Assembly: GCA_965277695.1 (NCBI GenBank)
Contig: CBDIDQ010000114.1
Span: 4,914 to 36,913 of the forward strand
Source: Alteromonadaceae bacterium
GTDB taxonomy: Bacteria; Pseudomonadota; Gammaproteobacteria; Enterobacterales; Alteromonadaceae
DNA length: 32,000 nucleotides
Reading direction: 5' to 3'
Shown: in pieces, positions 17,822 to 26,172 of the stretch
Layout of the letters: each line of letters opens with the position of its first letter
Numbering within the stretch: position 1 is the stretch's first letter
The notes under the pieces: generated by a model
Databases searched by the model: none
Seen by the model: the letters and a program-made list of their open reading frames with translations, nothing else
Told to the model about the DNA's origin: nothing
Made by a program: the position numbers and the translations under genes

Positions 17822-17851
17822 ATAATAAAAGTTCATGCCACAGTCAATCAA
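17822..17851 (-). promoter_or_regulatory. Candidate sigma70 promoter of tus
   Basis: The minus strand reads TTGATT (-35, 17846-17851), an 18-nt spacer, then TATTAT (-10, 17822-17827). Motif site B starts 8 nt downstream of the -10 box. Confidence 0.35.
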
Positions 17852-17868
17852 CCTGGATGTTTTTTGTT

Positions 17869-19137
17869 TTATGCCTTAAAAGGTTCATACGATCCGGCAT
17901 AACCGAGCTGACCGAAAATACCAAGAAAAGCGGTTATTATCTTTTCATTGTCTTTGAGCCTTGGCGCAGCTTCGATGCCAATCAGTGATAAAACCAATGG
18001 CTGATCTGGGTTTTGCTGTTCGGCGCGTTTTTGTAATTCAAGGTTATCTAATGTTGTTCCGTCTGACAAAATACAACACAACAGGTCAGGCGACATAATG
18101 AAAGGTTGTGACTGACTACTGCGATAAGCCAGCATATTTTCGTTCACAATATAAATAGTGATGATGTCATTGTCTTTGGTTTTCAGCGTTAGTTTGCCGT
18201 GATCTAGCGCTTTTTCGGTGGCTGATTCAAAGGCTATCACGCTGACTGATTGGGCGAGAATTGTTGCGGCAAAACCAGAGGCTTGTAATGTCTCAACCGT
18301 CAATGCGGCATAATTGATGTTTGGCGTTGCCACTGGTGTCTGTCGAAGGGCTTGTCCGAGCATTCTTGAGTGTGAAAGTCCGCCTTCAATAGCCAAGGCT
18401 TTGAGTTGATGACCTTGCATCATCCACATTGCTAATCCAGCTAAATTACCAAAAGCGTCAGTTGTCACTATTCCTCCGGCTAATGCCTCTGCGGCATTAG
18501 TTTGCTTAACTTCGACAAAAGCGGATTGCTGTTTATCAAGCGCTTCGGTTTCATTGGTCAACACTAGCCCTTTGTCTAGTAATTGATCTTGAGTGCCAAA
18601 GGTGAGGCAAGATAAAGTGGGTACCGCCCTGCCTGCGCCATCGGCATCGACAACTGGAATATTCAGGTCCCACGCGGTATTGATTGGCGTGATACTACTC
18701 ACTGCGCCTATCTCTACTGGCACGATGAACTTTGCTGTACAGCCGCTGTATTTTTGCAACTTTTTTACCGCTCGGGTTGGCGAGTTGTACTGCACATTTG
18801 CTAGCGCATTAGCCGCCTCAGGCGAACCTAAAAATGCACTAACCACAACCCAATCATCATCACCGACCGCAGCCAGTGGCACCATTTCGACTTGTTGGTT
18901 ATTGTCCATGGTTTCAATCATTTCAAACGCCATACTTTTTGGACCGCCACCACCGGCACTGAGTAATGCAGCCCCATTGACGATATCCAATAAGGCTTGT
19001 TTGTCTAGCAAGGTTCCCTGACATTGATTGGGTGATAACGTCTGGTGATTGGCTCGATGTAATACATGTCGTGCCGAGTCAGGAATGGATGGTTTTTTGG
19101 TGTCAAATCGTTTGGAGTCAGCATCAAGTAATAGCAT
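17869..19137 (-). CDS. DUF917 family protein (S-methyl-thiohydantoin desulfurase-like fold family)
   Basis: 422-aa ORF. Family-typical motifs are present: GAALLSAGGGGP, FLGSPEA, VPVEIGAVSSITP, IPVVDADGAGRAVPTL. Confidence 0.8.
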   Translation of the reverse strand: MLLLDADSKRFDTKKPSIPDSARHVLHRANHQTLSPNQCQGTLLDKQALLDIVNGAALLSAGGGGPKSMAFEMIETMDNNQQVEMVPLAAVGDDDWVVVSAFLGSPEAANALANVQYNSPTRAVKKLQKYSGCTAKFIVPVEIGAVSSITPINTAWDLNIPVVDADGAGRAVPTLSCLTFGTQDQLLDKGLVLTNETEALDKQQSAFVEVKQTNAAEALAGGIVTTDAFGNLAGLAMWMMQGHQLKALAIEGGLSHSRMLGQALRQTPVATPNINYAALTVETLQASGFAATILAQSVSVIAFESATEKALDHGKLTLKTKDNDIITIYIVNENMLAYRSSQSQPFIMSPDLLCCILSDGTTLDNLELQKRAEQQNPDQPLVLSLIGIEAAPRLKDNEKIITAFLGIFGQLGYAGSYEPFKA

Positions 19138-19195
19138 AAATTAGCCTGTTGTATCTTTGTTATGTTATTTAGGGATTTTGCCATCATAACAAATC

Positions 19196-19214
19196 ATCAG
19201 TCTACCTTCAATTA
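19196..19214 (+). promoter_or_regulatory. Repeated asymmetric motif, site C (candidate Ter site)
   Basis: ATCAGTCTACCTTCAATTA, in the intergenic space between the DUF917 gene start (19137) and the protease gene stop (19325). Confidence 0.45.
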
Positions 19215-19278
19215 ACTAAATCAAATAACCCTACATCCATACAGTCGATCCATCGATGAATAGTTACCATCAGATTAA

Positions 19279-19307
19279 AACCTCGTCTACCACAAAACGA
19301 CGAGGTT
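19279..19307 (-). terminator. Probable intrinsic terminator of the protease gene
   Basis: A 9-bp stem, AACCTCGTC / GACGAGGTT, with an 11-nt loop, starting 18 nt after the stop codon. On the minus strand the stem is followed by TTTTAATCTG. Confidence 0.5.
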
Positions 19308-19324
19308 AATCTCATCTGCTATTT

Positions 19325-22300
19325 TTAACGGTTTCTTCTACGGCGAATAAATGCCAGAGGTGCTAATAACAGCCCCCATAAACCTAAAGCACCACCACTA
19401 GAGCGGTTTTCGACCGTGACATTAATTTGCGTTGCTGCACTGACTTCATCACCATCAAATGCTGTCACACTAAAGACTACTGTGGTATCAGTTGACACCT
19501 CAGGTCCGGTAAAGCTCATAGAAGCACCCGTTTCGGTTAATGTCGCACCGTCTTTTGTCCAACGATAGGTTAAGCTGTCGTTTTCAGCATCAGTGGCAAC
19601 TACAGCTAACATGACATCTTCACCTTCACGAATAACCACGTTTGGTTGTGCAGCAGTGACTACAGGTGCAACATTAGCAACAATCTCCACGACAATTTGA
19701 CTCGCTGAGCTGGTTGCATCACCATCAGATGCAGTAACCGCAAACACCACAGTAGTATCTTGCGATACCGCTGGTGCGGTGAAATTCAATGAAACACTCG
19801 CATGGTCAAGCAACACGCCATCTTTAGTCCAACGATAAGCAAAAGCGTCATTTTCCGGGTCGACGGCACTGACACTGAGCATCACTGACTCTTTTTCTTT
19901 GACACTAACAAACGCTTGATCAACAGTGACTATCGGTGCTCGATTAGCCAGCACAGTCACTGCCATTGTCACCGCTTCACTGGTTTCATCACCATCAGTC
20001 GCAACCACACTGAAAACAACGACTTTATCTTGTGTTAAACCCGGCGCAGTAAAATCATACCAAGCACTATTGTTATCCAATGCCTCACCATCCATAGTCC
20101 ATTGGTAAGTTAATGCATCGTTTTCAGGGTCTACTGCCATCACCGCCAAAGTGGTCGATGTTTTCTCTCGGATACTGATTTGTGCTTGCTCAGTGCTAAC
20201 AACCGGTGCTCGGTTAGCAACCACCGTCAAGGCGATTTCAACCGGCTGGCTGGTTTCATCACCATCGTTAGCCGTTACACTAAAGGTGATCAAAGTATCT
20301 GCTGACACACTCGCTGCGGTATAGTTTAATGATGAGCTATTATTGGCTAAATCAATACCATTTGCCTGCCATTGATAGCTCAACCGATCATTTTCAGGGT
20401 CTGTTGCGCTAACCGCTAACATCACCGACCCACGTTCTTTCACTGAAACCTGCTGTTGCGTCGTAGTCACTACCGGCACCTGATTAGCAATAACGGTAAC
20501 CACCATTTGAATCGCTTCACTGGTCGCTGTACCATCTGAGGCAGTAACACTAAACACCACTTCTTTATCCTGCGAAACAGCAGGGGCGACATATTCAAAT
20601 GTGCTGGCGGTATTTGCAATCAACTCACCATCGATCATCCACTGATACGTGATGTCATCACCGTTAGCGTCTGTGCCATTAACCATTAACGTCAATGCTT
20701 GCTGTTCCTTAACACTGGTAATCCCCTGTTCGGTCGTCACCGTCGGCGCTTGATTGATAATAACCATAATAGAAAATTCGCTACTGCGTGATAATAGCTC
20801 ACCATCAAATGCGGTTACTGAAAAACTATACACTTCATCGCTCGATCCTTCAGGAGCCTTAAACGTCAAAGTCGCACTTGTGGTGCTAACATCAATAGCA
20901 CTGCTGCCGCCGGTTTGCGTCCACTGATAAGTCAAGGTGCTGTTATCATGATCAACAGCATTAGCCGTCAAAGTCACTTCACCACCACCATTGGTGCTAG
21001 CAGGACCTTCAACATTGGTCACCACTGGCTCACGATTTACACACGCACCAACATTAGCCCCAAGTGAAGGAAAAGGAGTCTGTACAGTAGCATTAGTAAA
21101 TCTAAAGTTGTCTATGTTCCAACCCCAGGATGCCACCGAACCATCCGAACCAATACGAAAGCGGAATTTAACCGACTTGTTATTCAAACTGCCAGCAGCA
21201 AACGTTAAGCTTTCTGGACTGATCCACAGGCTTTCAATAATACCAATAAACCCAGCACGACCGGGCAATTCAGGATTGAAATCGGTGATATTACCGTTGT
21301 AACCGTTAAGAAATGAACCGCCGGCAGCAACCACATCAGTCCACTCGCCGCCATCAATACTAATCTCCATAACCCCGCCATCCCAAGGCGTAGTATCGTC
21401 CGGGTTATTTGGATCACCGCGTTCGAAGTCATAATAATGTTCAAATTGAACGGCAAAATCACCACTCGCAGCCACGGTCACCTCAGGTGTGACTAAGCTG
21501 ATATCATTTTGTTGAGATAAGTTAGGTCCAAAACCAACGTTGCCAAAATCAACATCATCAAACACGCCCCACTGCGACAAGAAGTGCTCTGGATCTTCTT
21601 CGCTGTCTACCTGCCTCGTACGTTGCCAGCCCGACCAAACATTGACGCTATCTTCAAAATCTTCAATCTCACGATCATTGCTTAAATCAAAGTTAACATT
21701 CAAGCTCGCGGTCATTGGTTTGCTCAATATCACTTCAGCATCGTCAGACATTAGAGTCACTGTGATTATGACTGTATCATTAGTGTCGCCACTGTTTAAC
21801 GTCGCTTCAATGGTGCCGCTTGTGGTATCACGCCACTGGGCCAAATCGGCAAAATCAATCATGCCGTCATTAGCAAAAGTGATATCGCTATCGCTAGTCA
21901 GCTTAGCTTTAATACCGCTAAGCAATTCAGTACCCGTGTTGTTGATGCTCACTGTCAACAGCCCGGTTTCGCCGACATCTAAAATATTATCTGTATCACA
22001 AAACGCACCGTGAGTGCCATTGTATCGGTTATCCAGCACAATACTGTCCAGCGCCACAGCACGACCAAATGCCTCGAAGCTTTCGACCGTACCGGCATGA
22101 CCTCGGCTTTCAAACGTGCCATCAAAACCGGCATCAAAACGTTCAGGTGATTGGGCTGTTAACCCCATACCGCGCTTAGCAAAAGCGGCACGAATAACCT
22201 GATGATCAGCCGCATCAGTTGCCATTGCCACAGCCAGTAAAGCATCACGAGCTTCGGTAAAAGTCGGGGCAAAAGGTGTCATTTTCATGCTGGCGACCAT

Positions 22301-24370
22301 GTAATCCATCATCCGGCTTTGGGCTTCACTAAAACTCACACCATCACGATTAAGCATCGCCGTATAGGACTCCCATAGCATCAATGCCCAAATTTCACCG
22401 GAGTTATGCACCTCTGAATTCAATGCCCCATCCATATGAAAATCGGCTTGATAAAGATTACTGATGGGGTGAGTGGTAGGTACTTTGACTTGATCTTGAA
22501 TGTGTTTAAAGGTAAACGCATTATGTTCCATATTAGTACTGTAAGGGGCACGACGCAGACCAAAGAAATAGGCAAACTCTACAAAACCGTTGTTAACCGC
22601 ATAACCGCCGTCATTATAAGGAGCTTGCCATTGATCATTACCAACCAGTTGCTGATCGGCTTCACGGGCCATGGTCATTAAAGCAAAAAAGTCACCCCAG
22701 CCCTCGCCCATACTCGCCCCCTGATTATTGGCATACATACCGCCACCAGTTAAACGGCTAGAGATATAATGCCCCCATTCGTGTTCGACAATGGCATTAT
22801 CCACCGTGCCGTCACGAATAGTATCGGTTTGCCAAAGAAACATATGCATACGTGGTGAAGCACCATCCGCAGGTGTGGCCATGGTGGCGTTATTAACACC
22901 AGAGTAGTCTTGCGCCTCAGCACGAAGCACATCGCCGTCAATACCACCACGACCAAAGTTATCGGTCTGGGCGACGCCCGCCACCTCATCAAAACCATGG
23001 TTGTAATAAAGGTCATGCAAATAATTATTGACATAAAACAAGTTCACCGTCGCGGCGTTGATATTTTCGTTTGAATTGACCCTATCATCATGAGTAAAAA
23101 CGTAACCAAAGGTATTAGCACTGGTGGTAGTCGGTCTGATATCGCCCTCGTTAAATCCATCTGGTGCAGACAAGTCAGCGTAAGCATCAACATTGTTGCC
23201 GGTTGTTACTGTCGCGCCAGTTGGCAGCCACGGATCGCTTGTGCTGATACCGCTATGCTCAAGCGTGACGTCATTCATCGCAGCGGGGACTTCAGTCACC
23301 TTATCATTAAAAACCCCGCTCGGATGGGGTGTTAATGCATTACCCATAGGATTATCAAAAGGGGTAAAAGGCGCAGTGCTGTCGGCAAAGGTTTTATAAG
23401 TGAAGGTATCACGTTGTACTAGGTTAGTTCGATTCAACACCTGGCCATCAACAGCGGAGATCACATGGCTGTAAGCAATCAGGTCTTTGCTATTTTTTTC
23501 GCTGATCATCACTTCAACATAATAAGCGGGGATTAAGGTTTTTCTGCCTGGATAATAAACTTTTTTACCCCGGGGTTGTTCAGAAAAAGCGTAATTATCA
23601 CTGCTGGCTTTAAACCGCTGATAATTGGCTTTTTTATCTAGCAACGACAGTTTGACCGCATCGCCAGTAATATTGTTAAAGGCTTTACTGATGGCTTCTT
23701 CGGCAGACAAAGTAAACTGGTCAACTAATGTTTTTTGTGGCGCTGGTAGGTTGGCAAAATAACCACTGGTTGCGACTAATTCCATGTTTTGATTGAGTAA
23801 AACATTCAATTGGCGGCCATACACTTCGATGTCATTAACCTTTTGCTGATATTTGCTGATGATCGATCCGCGTTTATTATCAGAGACATATTTAAGTTCA
23901 GCCTGTTTAAAGCCACTGGCTGACACCCCATGTTTAGCCCCCATGGCATTGACATAACCTCGGGTCGCCTGTTCGATGGCGGAACCGCGATTAAACACAG
24001 AATAGGGTATTGCAGCGGTTTTTTGTGCGCCCTTAGCCCAACTAAAAGTGTGAGTATTTAAGCTGTTATCAAAGTGGTCGCCTTTTGCTGCGAGGTAAAT
24101 CCCCGATCCATTAAGATTGGCGGTAGCTGCGGTGTTGGCTTTCTTTGAAGCAGATAAATTCGCTCGCTGATGGATTGATTTCACCATCGCTTGGGGTTGT
24201 TGTTGTCGGGCTGTTTGAGCAAACTGATCATAGCTGGGCAAGCTAGCTAAAGCGGGTAAAGTTGCTGGGGCTGATAGCGTAGCTGCGCTTGCTACACTAG
24301 AGAGTCCGGTAGCAAACCCGGTAGAAAGTGCAGCAGAAACCGCAGCAGTAATAAGTGTTGTTTTATCCAT
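19325..24370 (-). CDS. Secreted M36 (fungalysin-type) zinc metalloprotease with six tandem Ig-like (PKD-like) repeats and a GlyGly-CTERM sorting signal
   Basis: Long ORF. I prefer ATG 24370 (MDKTTLITAAVSAALSTGFATGLSSVASAA signal peptide, AAGGGA Shine-Dalgarno) over the track start at 24415. The zinc site HEWGHYISSRLTGGG resembles fungalysin HEYTHGLSNRLTGG. Six units of about 90 aa carry the pattern NxAPVVT..V.V.E....L.V.A.D.END.LTYQW..DG......F.AP.VS.D..VVFSVTA.DG. The C-terminus SSGGALGLWGLLLAPLAFIRRRRNR fits the GlyGly-CTERM/rhombosortase signal (Gly-Gly, TM helix, Arg cluster). Confidence 0.9.
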   Translation of the reverse strand: MDKTTLITAAVSAALSTGFATGLSSVASAATLSAPATLPALASLPSYDQFAQTARQQQPQAMVKSIHQRANLSASKKANTAATANLNGSGIYLAAKGDHFDNSLNTHTFSWAKGAQKTAAIPYSVFNRGSAIEQATRGYVNAMGAKHGVSASGFKQAELKYVSDNKRGSIISKYQQKVNDIEVYGRQLNVLLNQNMELVATSGYFANLPAPQKTLVDQFTLSAEEAISKAFNNITGDAVKLSLLDKKANYQRFKASSDNYAFSEQPRGKKVYYPGRKTLIPAYYVEVMISEKNSKDLIAYSHVISAVDGQVLNRTNLVQRDTFTYKTFADSTAPFTPFDNPMGNALTPHPSGVFNDKVTEVPAAMNDVTLEHSGISTSDPWLPTGATVTTGNNVDAYADLSAPDGFNEGDIRPTTTSANTFGYVFTHDDRVNSNENINAATVNLFYVNNYLHDLYYNHGFDEVAGVAQTDNFGRGGIDGDVLRAEAQDYSGVNNATMATPADGASPRMHMFLWQTDTIRDGTVDNAIVEHEWGHYISSRLTGGGMYANNQGASMGEGWGDFFALMTMAREADQQLVGNDQWQAPYNDGGYAVNNGFVEFAYFFGLRRAPYSTNMEHNAFTFKHIQDQVKVPTTHPISNLYQADFHMDGALNSEVHNSGEIWALMLWESYTAMLNRDGVSFSEAQSRMMDYMVASMKMTPFAPTFTEARDALLAVAMATDAADHQVIRAAFAKRGMGLTAQSPERFDAGFDGTFESRGHAGTVESFEAFGRAVALDSIVLDNRYNGTHGAFCDTDNILDVGETGLLTVSINNTGTELLSGIKAKLTSDSDITFANDGMIDFADLAQWRDTTSGTIEATLNSGDTNDTVIITVTLMSDDAEVILSKPMTASLNVNFDLSNDREIEDFEDSVNVWSGWQRTRQVDSEEDPEHFLSQWGVFDDVDFGNVGFGPNLSQQNDISLVTPEVTVAASGDFAVQFEHYYDFERGDPNNPDDTTPWDGGVMEISIDGGEWTDVVAAGGSFLNGYNGNITDFNPELPGRAGFIGIIESLWISPESLTFAAGSLNNKSVKFRFRIGSDGSVASWGWNIDNFRFTNATVQTPFPSLGANVGACVNREPVVTNVEGPASTNGGGEVTLTANAVDHDNSTLTYQWTQTGGSSAIDVSTTSATLTFKAPEGSSDEVYSFSVTAFDGELLSRSSEFSIMVIINQAPTVTTEQGITSVKEQQALTLMVNGTDANGDDITYQWMIDGELIANTASTFEYVAPAVSQDKEVVFSVTASDGTATSEAIQMVVTVIANQVPVVTTTQQQVSVKERGSVMLAVSATDPENDRLSYQWQANGIDLANNSSSLNYTAASVSADTLITFSVTANDGDETSQPVEIALTVVANRAPVVSTEQAQISIREKTSTTLAVMAVDPENDALTYQWTMDGEALDNNSAWYDFTAPGLTQDKVVVFSVVATDGDETSEAVTMAVTVLANRAPIVTVDQAFVSVKEKESVMLSVSAVDPENDAFAYRWTKDGVLLDHASVSLNFTAPAVSQDTTVVFAVTASDGDATSSASQIVVEIVANVAPVVTAAQPNVVIREGEDVMLAVVATDAENDSLTYRWTKDGATLTETGASMSFTGPEVSTDTTVVFSVTAFDGDEVSAATQINVTVENRSSGGALGLWGLLLAPLAFIRRRRNR

Positions 24371-24474
24371 TATGTTCCCTTCGGTGTTACCAATTAAAAT
24401 AAACTGACCTACCACAATATAGCAGTATTATTAGTAAACACAGATTTTTTGCTGGCGGTAATGTTGCAACAAAG

Positions 24475-24494
24475 AAAATTGAAGGTAGACTGAT
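24475..24494 (-). promoter_or_regulatory. Repeated asymmetric motif, site D, inverted relative to A-C (candidate Ter site)
   Basis: The plus strand reads aaaaTTGAAGGTAGACTGAT; its reverse complement is ATCAGTCTACCTTCAATTTT. It lies between the LysR stop (24579) and the protease start (24370). Confidence 0.45.
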
Positions 24495-24578
24495 GAAAAA
24501 CAATGGATAAATAAGAAAGGTAAGTGGCTTAATTTTTGCGATATAATGAACGCTAAAACAAAGGCAAAGGGCTGATTT

Positions 24579-25514
24579 TTAATTCATCACCTTAAGCACC
24601 GCTTGGCGTCGAGCATCACGATTATTAAGAAATACAGTCACAATATTTTCTCGAAACCAGGTCAATCCGGCGTCTTTATCTTGACGCTTATGCCACCAAA
24701 TCGATAACACGGTGTCGGCAACATGGATCGGTGGTTTGGTGATCCACAGTTGTTGGTCGGCCACTTGCGGGTCAATGGTTTCTATCGGTAAGATGGCAAT
24801 CAGATCACTTTGCAAAATCACCGGAATAGCCGAAGAAAAATTATTCACCGTCATCGCCACCCGGCGAGTCAAACCCAACTGACTTAATGCTTCATCGGTA
24901 GGCCCGCTGCTGTCGCCAGACAAGGTGACCAGCAGATGTTCAGCTTGAGCAAAGGCGTCAACGGTTAGTGTTTTTCCGGCCAGAGGATGACCAATACGCA
25001 TCACGCAAACATAATCAATATCGGCTAAATGCGACGAAAAAATATTACTCGGTGGTGCCGGACGAGCACTGAAAACTAAATCGACTTCAGCGTCATCGAG
25101 CAATTGTTGAGATTTACCGATGGTGTAAGGAATGGCATAAAGATTAATGCCCGGCGCATGACGCTGAAAGAATAACCGCATCGACAACCACACACTGTCA
25201 ACCGCCAAATCCGTCAGTGCAACCCGAAAGGTGCGTTGCGCGGTTTGCGGTTCAAACACCTCGGGGCTGATCGCCTGCTCAATCTGATACAGCGGATCTC
25301 TAATCAAAGCCCATAAATCCTTGGCATAACTGGTCGGTTGAATATTGCGGCCATCTTTAACAAACAACTCGTCCTTCCAGATGGTTCGCATTCGGGATAC
25401 CGCATTCGATACTGCCGGTTGGGTCATCGCTAAACGTTCAGCCGCTCGGGTGATTGAACGCTCGGTCATGATATGATCAAAAATCACCAGTAGGTTCAAT
25501 ACTTGAGGTCGCAT
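24579..25514 (-). CDS. LysR-family transcriptional regulator
   Basis: 311-aa ORF preceded by AAGGAAA. The N-terminal winged-HTH signature is LLVIFDHIMTERSITRAAERLAMTQPAVSNAVSRMR. Length and architecture are typical of the LysR family. Confidence 0.9.
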   Translation of the reverse strand: MRPQVLNLLVIFDHIMTERSITRAAERLAMTQPAVSNAVSRMRTIWKDELFVKDGRNIQPTSYAKDLWALIRDPLYQIEQAISPEVFEPQTAQRTFRVALTDLAVDSVWLSMRLFFQRHAPGINLYAIPYTIGKSQQLLDDAEVDLVFSARPAPPSNIFSSHLADIDYVCVMRIGHPLAGKTLTVDAFAQAEHLLVTLSGDSSGPTDEALSQLGLTRRVAMTVNNFSSAIPVILQSDLIAILPIETIDPQVADQQLWITKPPIHVADTVLSIWWHKRQDKDAGLTWFRENIVTVFLNNRDARRQAVLKVMN

Positions 25515-25805
25515 ATTATTTCCTTACCTATCAATAAGTTATCAATAAGTGATGGCTACAATAGCCAATAAATAGAGAGGGTTTTCTAAAACGCGTTTAT
25601 TACATCATATTTATTGATAAGTTGTATATGAATTAAAAATTATATGTGATGCGTTAATGCAGCTACAATGCTTGTCGATATGATTAACTATTAGGAACGA
25701 AGCGATCTTAATACCCATGATATCAAACCCAACCAACAAAGTTACTAAGCGCACGGATAATTCCCCTGCAAGGATGCAGCGGGAATGCGGATTTTACATC
25801 TTATC

Positions 25806-26015
25806 TATAACCCCAATTCATTGCCACTTAATTTGCTGTGAACCATCAAAACGCGAATGAATTCGCGTCTACCGCTTGTTTATAACCCCAATTCATTGCC
25901 AGCTTAATTTACTGTGAACCATCAAAACGCGAATGAATTCGCGTCTACCGCTTGTTTATAACCCTAATTCATTGCCAGCTTAATTTACTGTGAACCATCA
26001 AAACGCGAATGAATT
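25806..26015 (+). repeat. Three tandem copies of a 75/76-bp unit, each carrying a REP-like hairpin; the third copy is interrupted by the IS
   Basis: Units start at 25806, 25881 and 25957. The unit is tataaccccaattcattgccagcttaatttactgtgaaccatcaaaacgcgaatgaattcgcgtctaccgcttgtt. The hairpin is ACGCGAA-tgaa-TTCGCGT. The rest of copy 3 (cgcgtctaccg) resumes at 28093, after the IS. Confidence 0.85.
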
Positions 26016-26034
26016 CTGTCTCTTAGTCACATCT
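26016..26034 (+). repeat. IS left terminal inverted repeat
   Basis: CTGTCTCTTAGTCACATCT. Confidence 0.85.
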
Positions 26035-26172
26035 TTATTTGCATTTTTGGCTTGTGTCTGATTCAGCTTAAACTTGTGTCTTATTTAGTATCATTGAAAT
26101 TAACTGTGATATTTCACTTGCTTTTTTTCACCATTGTGATCAAATACGCTTTTTTCACAGGGTGGTCAGTAG

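Noticed and set aside
19926-23399. ORFs nested in or antisense to the protease gene (for example 20991-21302, 21540-22013, 22750-23034)
   Set aside because: They are embedded in a 5-kb ORF with clear protease and repeat-domain signatures. The products are low-complexity.
25806-26015. CRISPR array interpretation of the 76-bp tandem repeats
   Set aside because: The units abut head to tail with no unique spacers, the period is too long, and no cas genes are nearby.
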